Positions 1 through 8,165 are shown, numbered from the stretch's first letter. The stretch: DNA of 24,000 nt from Enterobacter kobei (GCF_018323985.1 NZ_AP024590.1:4504039-4528038); one strand, 5' to 3'. Made by a program: numbers and translations. The notes: generated from the sequence alone by a model not told the origin.

Positions 1-114
1 ATCAGCGATCGCATCATCAATGGTATCACCAGCGAAATAGCATCCAGCCAGATCGGGCACAAAGCCAGAGAAAGTGCCGCTTTCGGTCTGATGTAAATAA
101 ACTGGATATTTCAT
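1..114 (-). CDS. HicB-family antitoxin-like protein, N-terminal 38 codons only (gene continues past the left edge)
   Basis: Reverse complement of 1-114 reads MKYPVYLHQTESGTFSGFVPDLAGCYFAGDTIDDAIAD. This matches the typical HicB N-terminal pattern (MxYPV...G.Y...PDL.GC...G.T..EA). GAGGA Shine-Dalgarno lies 5 nt upstream of the ATG at 112-114. Not in the ORF track because it is truncated by the window edge. Confidence 0.6.
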   Translation of the reverse strand, partial: MKYPVYLHQTESGTFSGFVPDLAGCYFAGDTIDDAIAD

Positions 115-164
115 GGTTTTTCCTCATTTACTGAACGTGTTCCCAACCTGTTTTTTTAGTGGTT

Positions 165-194
165 ACTATACCCACCACAATTATTGTGGGTCAA
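165..194 (-). promoter_or_regulatory. Candidate sigma70 promoter for the hicB-like gene: TTGACC (194-189), 18-nt spacer, TATAGT (170-165), with a 15-bp palindrome in the spacer
   Basis: Minus strand reads gcTTGACCcacaataattgtggtgggTATAGTaacc. The hexamers match consensus 5/6 and 5/6. The perfect palindrome CCACAATnATTGTGG (175-189) overlaps the spacer and the -35 edge, an operator-like position. The -10 lies about 50 nt upstream of the ATG. Confidence 0.45.
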
Positions 195-217
195 GCATTT
201 GGTGGGTATGGTGGGTA
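169..217. repeat. Cluster of four copies of a 9-mer (TGGTGGGTA): two perfect tandem copies, one perfect inverted copy, one 7/9 copy
   Basis: Plus strand has tacccacca at 169-177 (inverted copy), ttgtgggtc at 184-192 (7/9), and tggtgggta at 200-208 and 209-217 (perfect tandem). All were read directly from the sequence. Confidence 0.7.
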
Positions 218-243
218 TTGAAATTAATGATCCGTGCGGGCAT

Positions 244-2232
244 TTATTTCACTACCCCCATCTCCCCCGACTCCAGATTAATATGGAAATTACGCGCCGG
301 GTTGCCGTGCAGGTAGGTGTTGATCACCGCAAAAATACTGCCGAAGCGAAGCCGGAACATATCTTCAAATGTGCTGTGCGGGCTGAGCGGTAAACTGGCG
401 GGCGTTAAACGGCTCGCCAGCGCGCCCGTCAGGAGTTGGTACTGCCGCAAACGGTCGGCGGGAATATCCGCTAAGGCCAGCTCATCTGCATTGCGTAAAC
501 GGTAGAAATCCACCGCCAGCTCAAAACCGTTCCAGCGGGCAAAATCCTGGTGATTCATCCCCGCGCGTTGTGCCAGCGCCTGCGCTTTTTGCCGTGCTGC
601 TTCCCAGGCCGCGCCGCTTTTTTTGCCGTCATATTCGCCTTGATTGAGCTGGCTTATGATCAGCATCTCCTCGCCGTTTAGCGTAAACAGCATCTTACGC
701 AGATCCTCCGGCCACTCCTCCGGCAGAAAACGCAGGCGGGCGAGTTCGGTGATATGCCAGTTAGTAAAGGCGTAATAGCTGTCGGCCTGCAAAATGGCGC
801 GGTTCCACAAATGGGGGGAGTGCGTGGCGTTCAGGTGATCCCACTCCTGCTGATAGTGCTCAAACAGTTCGTTAAAGCGCGGAACCTCTTTGACGATCAC
901 CGTTTCTACGTCGATCTCCGTCGGGCTGGTAAAGTTAAGGATTTTATAGGCCGGAACATAGGCCGCCAGCGACGGGGCCTGAATGTTGAACAGCAGGCTG
1001 CCATCGGCATAACGACGCACGCCGGTATCGTTAAAATGCATATGACCGCCGACATGCACGCCAATACCGGTTTTTGCCAGCGCGTGGCTGGTATCTTCGC
1101 GCGGCGCGCGGGCAAGCTGGAATTTGCCCTCGCCAAAGATGTCAGCAAGATCCGCAGCCGCGTCGTTATCAAATTCCACCATCGGGAAATGGCTGAAGGT
1201 GACCAGCGTTTTATTCAGCTTCCTGGCGCGCTGTGCAACGTCCGCCATCCAGGCAACGGTCTGCTGTTTGTGCGTCAGCATGCTGTTGTAGCCCGCCTCG
1301 CCGGAGCCTGAAAAACGCGGCTTATCCGTGCGGGCGTCGGCGGCGGGCAGATAGACATTGGCGTCCACTGCCAGCAACCATAAACCAGGCACCGGCTCCA
1401 CCAGATAACTGCTGTCGGCGACGGTAAAGCATGGGCCGTAACCGGGCTTTTTATAGATCCCGCCCGTTCCCTGCGCGCAGATTTCATACTGCCGCTGGCT
1501 GAAATCGCTGGCCTGCTGCGCCGCCTGGTAGCGGTAATTTTCCACGCCATATCGGGAGTACGGCGTTTCCCAGTACAGATCGTCCGGCGAAGGATTGATG
1601 CCGAAATCCCCCATCGCCGTCATGATCGCCTGATAACCCCCGCTGACCATCTCTTCGCTGCAAATTGTCGGCAGTTCGGCATCGGTTTTGATCCGCGCCG
1701 TAGCGCCCTGATAGCCCTGACACTCTTTTGCGCCACGACTGAAAATACGCTGGGTTTTGCCCTCCTCGCCCAGAAAATCCTCCTCACCGCCGGGCGTGGT
1801 AAAAGGGCGATTCGGATCGTGGTTGCCGGGCGTGGCAAAAAAGCGCATGCCGTATTTTTGCTCATACTCGTGCAGTAGTTTTACCAGCCCGCGCACATGA
1901 TAGGGCTGCCCGTCATCGCTGAAATCCCCCGGCAGCGCCAGCCATTTGATGCCCCGCTTTCCGGCATCATCCAGCGCGGCACGCAGCGCAAAATAGTTCT
2001 CATTGAACAGCCGCGTGGAGGTCAGTTGCGCATACATCGTGCGGATAATGGCGGGCTTGCCGCTTTTGCTGTTTTTCAGGCCGCTAAAAGCCTGGTCCGC
2101 AAACTCGCCGTATACATCGTGAAAGTGGATATCGGGCATAAAAGCGACACGGTACTGATAGGTTTCCGCCGCCGGTGACGTACCGCTGGCGATCAGCAGC
2201 AAAGACGTGCCCAACCTGAGTAACCTTTTCAT
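244..2232 (-). CDS. Exported calcineurin-like metallophosphoesterase, 662 aa
   Basis: ORF track. N-terminal signal peptide MKRLLRLGTSLLLIASGTSPA/AE. All metallophosphoesterase motifs occur in order: MPDIHFHD (DxH), PGDFSDDG (GDxxD), PGNHDP (GNHD), FSHFP (H), GGHMH (GHxH). The ATG overlaps the upstream stop (ATGA at 2229-2232). Confidence 0.85.
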   Translation of the reverse strand: MKRLLRLGTSLLLIASGTSPAAETYQYRVAFMPDIHFHDVYGEFADQAFSGLKNSKSGKPAIIRTMYAQLTSTRLFNENYFALRAALDDAGKRGIKWLALPGDFSDDGQPYHVRGLVKLLHEYEQKYGMRFFATPGNHDPNRPFTTPGGEEDFLGEEGKTQRIFSRGAKECQGYQGATARIKTDAELPTICSEEMVSGGYQAIMTAMGDFGINPSPDDLYWETPYSRYGVENYRYQAAQQASDFSQRQYEICAQGTGGIYKKPGYGPCFTVADSSYLVEPVPGLWLLAVDANVYLPAADARTDKPRFSGSGEAGYNSMLTHKQQTVAWMADVAQRARKLNKTLVTFSHFPMVEFDNDAAADLADIFGEGKFQLARAPREDTSHALAKTGIGVHVGGHMHFNDTGVRRYADGSLLFNIQAPSLAAYVPAYKILNFTSPTEIDVETVIVKEVPRFNELFEHYQQEWDHLNATHSPHLWNRAILQADSYYAFTNWHITELARLRFLPEEWPEDLRKMLFTLNGEEMLIISQLNQGEYDGKKSGAAWEAARQKAQALAQRAGMNHQDFARWNGFELAVDFYRLRNADELALADIPADRLRQYQLLTGALASRLTPASLPLSPHSTFEDMFRLRFGSIFAVINTYLHGNPARNFHINLESGEMGVVK

Positions 2233-4832
2233 ATGTCCTCCGGATGAAGATCAAGCTGCCAGCTAACAGGCGTGCCGGGCGGTACGTCGTCGTCAGCAGG
2301 CTGCGCGGGGGTTTCTGCGAGGGTGATTTTTTGCCAGATCCCCGCTACGTCAGGCGCCGTATTCGGCAGCGGTTGCAGGCCGGGATTCCAGCCGCGCAAG
2401 ACCAGCGCCTCGCCCTGCTGGGCTTTTTTCAGCGTGCTGAAATGCAGGGCGCAGTCCCAGGTAAGCAGGCTGTAATGTGCGGGAAAGCGGATACCGTGCG
2501 GATTGGTGCGAAAACGTGACCAGCCTGAGTCCAGATAGCCGCTGGCCGGGGTGCGCCAGTGCTCCACCGCACGCCAGAAATCCTCACTCTGCCCCTGCGC
2601 CATCGGCAGCACGGCAAAATGAAAAGACAGCGGCCCCTGAATTTGTGAGTCCGGCGATGGCAGCACCATGCCCGACGCGCGCCCTGGCCGCCAGGGAAGA
2701 TCCGGCAAACCGAGCCAGCCGACGCTGCGAAACAGCGTGAGGGCGATAACGCCGGTCTGTTCCGCCGGGAGTTCATATTCCCGTAAGCCCGCCGTCACCA
2801 CCGCCAGTCCGCGAGTCTCATTGTGCAGCATCACCAGGCTTTGCATCGGCCACAGTGAAGCGGGCGCTTCGGTCCAGTTTTCCCCCTGCCAGCGTTGCAA
2901 CGCGGCGGGCCGGTTTTCGCGTTTGATCAGGCCAAAGGGCTGATCGGCAAAGTGGAACGTCTGCGCGATGCCCACCGGGATTTCCACCTGTAAGCGGTGA
3001 TCGCGCAGGGTGTTGTTAACCTCAATGGCGACATCGAGCCACGGGGCGTCATGGGGCAGCGAGACGGTCATCGACACCGCCAGCGTGGCGTTGCACTGCC
3101 GCGCTGCGCGCGCCGTGGCATCGGCGGGGGCCGGGATCAGCCAGCGCAGCGTCAGGGTATCGTTCAGCGCTCCGCGCTCGCCGTGCGCCTCCTGTAAACC
3201 GCCGTCGCTGGTGACGCGCCAGTCCTCTGCCGGCGGCGAATAGTTGTAGTTATCCCCGGCGTCGCCGCCGTCCACCAGCCGCAGTACCTGCGGGTAACGC
3301 TGCTGGCTGCGTTTATCGATAAGCGTCAACTGGTCGCCGTCGATCTCCAGCCGCAGCCACGGATTTTCCAGAGCGCGAAGGGGTTCACAGCAGTGATCAA
3401 AGCCCGCGGGCTGCCCCTCCTGCAAATACAGCGTGCGATAGCCGCAGGCGGGCAACGCCTGTGCCGCCAGCACAATCTCGCATTTACGATACCAGGTGGT
3501 GGAGGTGCTGTTCGCCAGTTCCTGCACGATGATCGACATGTCCTGCGGGGTATCCCGCAGCAACTGCCAGCGGCAGGGCGTGCCGTCTTCCTCAACGATG
3601 CGAAAATCCTCATGCGGGGTGTAAAGCGTCAGCGTGACCTGCGCATCCCGGACGTGGGGCAGCGGATTAAAGAGGATGATTTTTTTGCCGACCTGCCGGG
3701 CGCTGATCCCTTCAGCGAGCATTTTCATATTCAGATCAAACAGCTGCTGCGCGCTTTCCAGTCCGTCCGTTAACCGCGCTTTCACCATGCTGTTGACACG
3801 ATCGGCATTACAGCCGCCGATGCTGTCATGGGCGTGGGATTTCATCGCCTCACGCCAGATCGTCTCCAGCGCCTGCTGCGGATACGGCAGCCCAAGCTGT
3901 CTGGTCACCGCCAGCAGCGGCTCCAGCGACTGGCTGACAAACTGCTCCAGCCGGGCGTTGAGCAGCTTGATGTCCATACGCGTGGAAAAAATACCGCGAT
4001 GGATACGCATATATTTCGGGCTGAGCAGTTCGCCCCGGAATTCGGGCAAGGGTTTTTCACCGTCGCGCAGCGTGGCAAAAAAGGCGCTGAAGCTGCTGCG
4101 AATAAAGCGGTACTCCTGCTGACGGGCATTGAGCCGATCCAGCATCGCCGGGACGGCGTATTCGAAAGGCGACTGATCGTTACCGTTCGGCAGCAACAGC
4201 GCGTCGGTGAGCGAAAAGCGCGCCTGTTTTTCGAGGATAGCGGGCAGCACGCGCCCCGCCTGTTCTACGTCGTCCGGCAGCCATTTGGCGCAGCCGTAAC
4301 CCCACGGCAGCACCGCAGTGGTGACGCGGCTGCCGCCCTGCGCTACCCAGTTGAATTCACTGCTGGCGACATCGTGCTCGCACCAGCCGCGCCAGATCAC
4401 CGCCGCGTCGATGGCAAATTCACGTAAAAACAGCGGCAGTTGCGCGCTCTGGCCGAAGGAGTCCGGCACGTAGCCCACTGGCATAGCACTGCTCCCCCAC
4501 GCCTCGCAGTCGGCTTTGCCCAGCAGCAAATTGCGCGTGATAGACTCCGCGCCCACCACCAGAAAATCCGTCTGCGTATACCATGGGCCGATGAGGATGC
4601 GCCCCTGGCGGATCAGCGACTGTAGCCGGTCGCGCTGTTCCGGCGCGACGCGCAGATAGTCCTCCAGCACCACCGTTTGCCCGTCCAGCACAAAAGGGCC
4701 GAGGGTGGTGTCCTGCTCCAGACGGTTAAGCAAATCATGCATAAAGTAATAGAGCACCATGCGCGAGTCGTTCTCGGTGAAATACCATTCGCGATCCCAG
4801 TGAGTGTGCTGAATTAAATGTACGGTCTTCAT
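2229..4832 (-). CDS. Glycoside hydrolase family 38 alpha-mannosidase (MngB-like), 867 aa
   Basis: ORF track. The N-terminus MKTVHLIQHTHWDREWYF matches the GH38 metal-binding start (HxHxDxxW) as in E. coli MngB. Further matches are GPWYTQTD, PDSFGQS, HAHDSIGG and the length of about 870 aa. AAGGAAAAGG Shine-Dalgarno lies upstream. Confidence 0.9.
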   Translation of the reverse strand: MKTVHLIQHTHWDREWYFTENDSRMVLYYFMHDLLNRLEQDTTLGPFVLDGQTVVLEDYLRVAPEQRDRLQSLIRQGRILIGPWYTQTDFLVVGAESITRNLLLGKADCEAWGSSAMPVGYVPDSFGQSAQLPLFLREFAIDAAVIWRGWCEHDVASSEFNWVAQGGSRVTTAVLPWGYGCAKWLPDDVEQAGRVLPAILEKQARFSLTDALLLPNGNDQSPFEYAVPAMLDRLNARQQEYRFIRSSFSAFFATLRDGEKPLPEFRGELLSPKYMRIHRGIFSTRMDIKLLNARLEQFVSQSLEPLLAVTRQLGLPYPQQALETIWREAMKSHAHDSIGGCNADRVNSMVKARLTDGLESAQQLFDLNMKMLAEGISARQVGKKIILFNPLPHVRDAQVTLTLYTPHEDFRIVEEDGTPCRWQLLRDTPQDMSIIVQELANSTSTTWYRKCEIVLAAQALPACGYRTLYLQEGQPAGFDHCCEPLRALENPWLRLEIDGDQLTLIDKRSQQRYPQVLRLVDGGDAGDNYNYSPPAEDWRVTSDGGLQEAHGERGALNDTLTLRWLIPAPADATARAARQCNATLAVSMTVSLPHDAPWLDVAIEVNNTLRDHRLQVEIPVGIAQTFHFADQPFGLIKRENRPAALQRWQGENWTEAPASLWPMQSLVMLHNETRGLAVVTAGLREYELPAEQTGVIALTLFRSVGWLGLPDLPWRPGRASGMVLPSPDSQIQGPLSFHFAVLPMAQGQSEDFWRAVEHWRTPASGYLDSGWSRFRTNPHGIRFPAHYSLLTWDCALHFSTLKKAQQGEALVLRGWNPGLQPLPNTAPDVAGIWQKITLAETPAQPADDDVPPGTPVSWQLDLHPEDI

Positions 4833-4865
4833 CAGGCGTACCTTTTCCTTAACGAGGGGACGGCC

Positions 4866-5981
4866 TTAGCGACCGGCTTTAAATTTCGGCGCGGCGGCGA
4901 CGGGTTTGTTTTCCGGTTCGTTCTCACTGCGAAAGACCAGCAGTGAGCCAACGGCAATAATGGCAGAGCCGGTGGCAATCGACAGCACGTACACCGGCCA
5001 GTGACTCACCGCCAGCCAGCCATAAAAGCCGGAGATCGGCGCATGGTTGACCGCCCCCAGCCCGACGGCCATTGCCGCGCCAGTGGCAGATCCGACGACG
5101 TTAATAATGATGATTTTCGGGTTGGCGAGCGCAAAGGGGATCGCCCCTTCCGAGACGCCGATAAGCCCCATCAGCGTCGAGGCTTTACCGGCTTCGCGCA
5201 GAGAGGCGGGAAAGCGCGTCGCCCACAGCAGTGTGGCGACGCCCAGGCCAATTGGCGGCACGATAATCGCCACCTGGGCTGCGGTATTGGGATCGTAAAT
5301 TCCCGAGGCGAGCAACGCCATCGCCGTGGTCACCGCCGCTTTGTTGACCGGCCCGCCGAGATCGAACCCGACCATGCCGCCGACCACTGCCGCGAGGATA
5401 ATTTTGTTCGCGCCGGACATCGCCAGCAGCCAGTTCTCCATGCCGTGATTGAGCGCCGCCAGCGGCGTGCCAATGATAAACGCCATCACTAAACAGGTGA
5501 GCAGCGTGCCGCCCACCGGCAGGATAAATATCGGCCCGGCAGATGCCAGGGCTTTGGGTAAACGCACCCAGGTGGTCAGGGCGCGCACGATATAGCCTGC
5601 GACAAAGCCCGCCGCCAGCGCGCCCAGAAAACCGGTGCCCAGATTGCTGGCAAGTAAACCGCCGACCATACCGGGGGACAGCCCTGGCTTATTGGCTATC
5701 GCAAAGCTGATGTAGCCCGCCACCACCGGCAGCATCAGGGATAACGCCATGCCGCCGAAACCGTCAAATTTATGCAGCAGCTGCACTACCATGCTTGCCG
5801 CCTCGCCATGGCTGGCATCCCAGATATTATCAATGCCGTACATAGACGCGCCGATGCGTGCAATGCCCATGATCACCGCCCCGGCGATAACAAACGGCAG
5901 CATCCAGGAGACACCGGTCATGATGGCGTTTTTGATTTCTGTGCCCGCCGACGGGCCGCTTCCTCCGTTGAACTTAGCCAT
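4866..5981 (-). CDS. PTS fructose-family EIIC component, 371 aa from ATG 5981
   Basis: ORF track (4866-6017). It is polytopic and hydrophobic, with the fructose-family FDLGGPVNKAA motif. I prefer the start MAKFNGG at 5981, which overlaps the IIB stop by 8 nt, over the 12-codon upstream extension. Confidence 0.85.
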   Translation of the reverse strand: MAKFNGGSGPSAGTEIKNAIMTGVSWMLPFVIAGAVIMGIARIGASMYGIDNIWDASHGEAASMVVQLLHKFDGFGGMALSLMLPVVAGYISFAIANKPGLSPGMVGGLLASNLGTGFLGALAAGFVAGYIVRALTTWVRLPKALASAGPIFILPVGGTLLTCLVMAFIIGTPLAALNHGMENWLLAMSGANKIILAAVVGGMVGFDLGGPVNKAAVTTAMALLASGIYDPNTAAQVAIIVPPIGLGVATLLWATRFPASLREAGKASTLMGLIGVSEGAIPFALANPKIIIINVVGSATGAAMAVGLGAVNHAPISGFYGWLAVSHWPVYVLSIATGSAIIAVGSLLVFRSENEPENKPVAAAPKFKAGR

Positions 5982-6288
5982 GGGCGTGCTCCTGCTCCAG
6001 CGCCTCAAATACCGCATCGCCGAACTTGATCGGATCGGAGACGCTGCACTCCAGTTTGATCATGCCGTCGAAGCGTTCTTTGCCGCTGATGGCGACATCA
6101 GCGGCGATGATCACCCCGTCCGCCCGCGCCAGGTCATCTGCGGTAATGTCATTCTCGATACCCAGGCTGCCCTGAGTTTCAACTTTGATCTCATGGCCGC
6201 GCTGACGCCCGGTAAGCTCAAGCGCTTCGGCTGCCATATAGGTATGAGCGATGCCTGTCGGGCAGGCGGCGACGCAAACAATAAACAT
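5974..6288 (-). CDS. PTS fructose-family EIIB component, 104 aa
   Basis: MFIVCVAACPTGIAHTYMAAEALE is the canonical IIB(Fru) phospho-cysteine motif CPTGIAHTYMAAEAL. AAGGAG Shine-Dalgarno lies 6 nt upstream. Confidence 0.9.
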   Translation of the reverse strand: MFIVCVAACPTGIAHTYMAAEALELTGRQRGHEIKVETQGSLGIENDITADDLARADGVIIAADVAISGKERFDGMIKLECSVSDPIKFGDAVFEALEQEHAHG

Positions 6289-6757
6289 ACAAACTCCTTA
6301 CAGGGTCAGATTCAGGCAATAAAAAAAGCACAATGGCGAAGACGCGCATTGTGCTTTGAGGGGAAATCAGTAACCGGAACGCGGCATCGTCCGACGCACC
6401 GCTGGCGTGATGACAGGCCATCAACTGATGCAGACTGGAAATACGGAACAGGAACGCCAGCTCGTGACGCTTACGGCTGTGCAGGCGGACAGCGTAACCG
6501 GCGCGATGGGTTATTTTTATTAACCGCGCGACGGGACGATAAACTGATGCGCAGAGTTTTCCGGCGCTGGACCATAATTGCGCCCAGCCGATGGCGGTAT
6601 TTTCATCCAGCGCATCATGAATAGTCGCATCATCTTTTTCGAGGGAAGGAACCGAAGTAAACCAGCAAATTTTACTCAGCCATGCACGAACTGCGCTATC
6701 GCAAAATAGCCCTGTCACCATGCACTGTAATAACCGCTGAATATTATTCACTGGCAT
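6218..6757 (-). CDS. Orphan hypothetical ORF (179 codons) spanning the leader of the PTS operon; real gene versus leader or decayed gene is unresolved
   Basis: ORF track. GGGGA lies 6 nt before the ATG and a TATACT -10-like hexamer (6782-6787) lies 24 nt upstream of it. Codon choice looks enteric. However, the frame runs through the terminator at 6321-6357 and 71 nt into the IIB gene. I do not recognise a family, and the local GC is lower than in the flanks. Confidence 0.3.
   Translation of the reverse strand: MPVNNIQRLLQCMVTGLFCDSAVRAWLSKICWFTSVPSLEKDDATIHDALDENTAIGWAQLWSSAGKLCASVYRPVARLIKITHRAGYAVRLHSRKRHELAFLFRISSLHQLMACHHASGASDDAAFRLLISPQSTMRVFAIVLFLLPESDPVRSLYVYCLRRRLPDRHRSYLYGSRSA
6321..6357 (-). 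terminator. Strong Rho-independent terminator immediately upstream of the PTS IIB gene
   Basis: Minus strand reads AAAGCACAATG-cgcgtcttcgc-CATTGTGCTTTTTTTattgcc. The stem is 11 bp, the loop can add 3 more pairs, and a 7-T run follows. The T-tract ends 32 nt before the IIB ATG. Confidence 0.75.
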
Positions 6758-6826
6758 CTGTCCCCGTTAAAATATCAGCGGAGTATAGGCCAGCGAAATA
6801 AAATCGAATGTGATTGTTCACACACT

Positions 6827-6859
6827 CCCCGGCGTTAAATAAACAATTTAACGCCGGGG
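6827..6859 (-). terminator. Perfect 14-bp stem-loop downstream of rafB (no U-tract)
   Basis: CCCCGGCGTTAAAT-aaaca-ATTTAACGCCGGGG starts 7 nt after the rafB stop. It lacks a T-run on either strand, so it may be an mRNA 3' stabiliser or a weak/bidirectional terminator. Confidence 0.5.
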
Positions 6860-6865
6860 ATTACC

Positions 6866-8131
6866 TTATCGTTCAGCAACGCTGCCCGCCATGCGGCCAA
6901 ACATGGGTTTGCCGGTCAGCGTAAAGGCGGAGAGGATCGTCACCACCAGCACGATGCTGCCGAGGATCAGATAGGTGTCCTGGAAACCAATCCGGTCATA
7001 CATATTCCCGGCAAACGCTGACAGGAAAATCGCCGCCATCTGTTTCGCAAAGTTAAAACCAATCAGATAGATGGTGGCGGACAGACGGGTGTCGAACACG
7101 CCCGTGATGTATTTGAATGCGCCTACCAGCAGGAACGGCACTTCCAGCGCGTGCAGCATTTTCAGCGCCACCACTTCCACCACTGTGGTGGCAAAGGCGG
7201 AGCCGATAATACGGGTGGTCATGATCGCCCCGGCAATCAGCAAGGTATTTTTCGCGCCGATGCGGTTAATGATCCACGGCGAGCAGAACATGATGATGGC
7301 GTTGCACATTTCTCCGGCGGTGGTTGCAAAACCAAAGGCCTGCGTACCCGCCTGCGGGGTGGCGAAGAAGGATTTAAAGAACGTGGCAAACTGCTGGTCA
7401 AACACGTCGTACACGCAGGCGACGCCAATCACATAGAGGATGAACATCCACATTTTGCGCTGACGGAACAGGCTGAAAGCCATTTTCGCGCTGATTTGCG
7501 GCTGATTTGCGCCCAGCGCATTCATCACCTGCGCGGTCTGGTTTTGCTGCGGTCGGGCGATAAAGAGTAACAGCATCAGCACCAGCGCCGCCGCCGAGCC
7601 CATCCAGAATACCCATTCCGGATTGACGCTGAACAGCATCCCCGCCGTCGACGCGCACAGGCCCCAGCCGAGGCAGCCGAACATACGCGCTTTGCCGTAC
7701 TCAAAATGGCTGTTGCGGCTGACACGCTCCACATAAGCTTCAATCGCGCCGGAGCCTGCCGAGAATACAAAGCCGATATACACCCCACCGCTCAGCGCCC
7801 CCAGCCAGATATTGGTTTTCAGCAATGGCGCGAAGACGTAGAGGAAAAAGGGCGCGAACAAAAACAGCAGCACCGAGATCACCCACAGCAGGTTTTTCTT
7901 CAGGCCGAGCTTATCGGAGATCACCCCCAGCACCGGCTGGAACGTAATGGCAAACAGCGAGACGCAGGAGAAGACGATGCCGGTTTCCGTTTTGGTCAGG
8001 CCGATGATGTCGGACAACCAGATGGGCAAAAACGGAAAGCAGGTCGCCATGATAAAGAAATAGAGGAAGACGAACAGGCCAAAAATCCAGAAGTTAGGGT
8101 TGTTTTTATGGGTACAGTCGGTGGTCTTCAT
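6866..8131 (-). CDS. rafB: LacY-family oligosaccharide:H+ symporter (raffinose permease type), 421 aa
   Basis: Clear LacY-family signature: NFWIFGLFVFLYFFIMATCFPFLPIWL, FQPVLGVISDKLGLKK, KARMFGCLGWGLCAS, YDVFDQQFATFF, LHALEVPFLLVGAFKYIT. It lies directly downstream of a GH36 alpha-galactosidase, as in raf operons. Confidence 0.88.
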   Translation of the reverse strand: MKTTDCTHKNNPNFWIFGLFVFLYFFIMATCFPFLPIWLSDIIGLTKTETGIVFSCVSLFAITFQPVLGVISDKLGLKKNLLWVISVLLFLFAPFFLYVFAPLLKTNIWLGALSGGVYIGFVFSAGSGAIEAYVERVSRNSHFEYGKARMFGCLGWGLCASTAGMLFSVNPEWVFWMGSAAALVLMLLLFIARPQQNQTAQVMNALGANQPQISAKMAFSLFRQRKMWMFILYVIGVACVYDVFDQQFATFFKSFFATPQAGTQAFGFATTAGEMCNAIIMFCSPWIINRIGAKNTLLIAGAIMTTRIIGSAFATTVVEVVALKMLHALEVPFLLVGAFKYITGVFDTRLSATIYLIGFNFAKQMAAIFLSAFAGNMYDRIGFQDTYLILGSIVLVVTILSAFTLTGKPMFGRMAGSVAER

Positions 8132-8148
8132 GTTAATCCCTCAGATAC

Positions 8149-8165
8149 GGGCCGCATGGCGGCCC
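8149..8165 (-). other. GC-rich intercistronic stem-loop between rafA and rafB
   Basis: GGGCCGC-atg-GCGGCCC has a 7-bp stem and 3-nt loop. It lies within the 41-nt rafA-rafB spacer. Confidence 0.5.

Noticed and set aside
6361-6420. A frameshift that would let the 179-codon ORF end at the TGA (ggttacTGA) just before the terminator, making a tidy gene-plus-terminator unit
   Set aside because: In that alternative frame another TGA lies only 17 codons upstream. There is therefore no extended second frame to support a simple frameshifted pseudogene model, and the question is left open in the findings.
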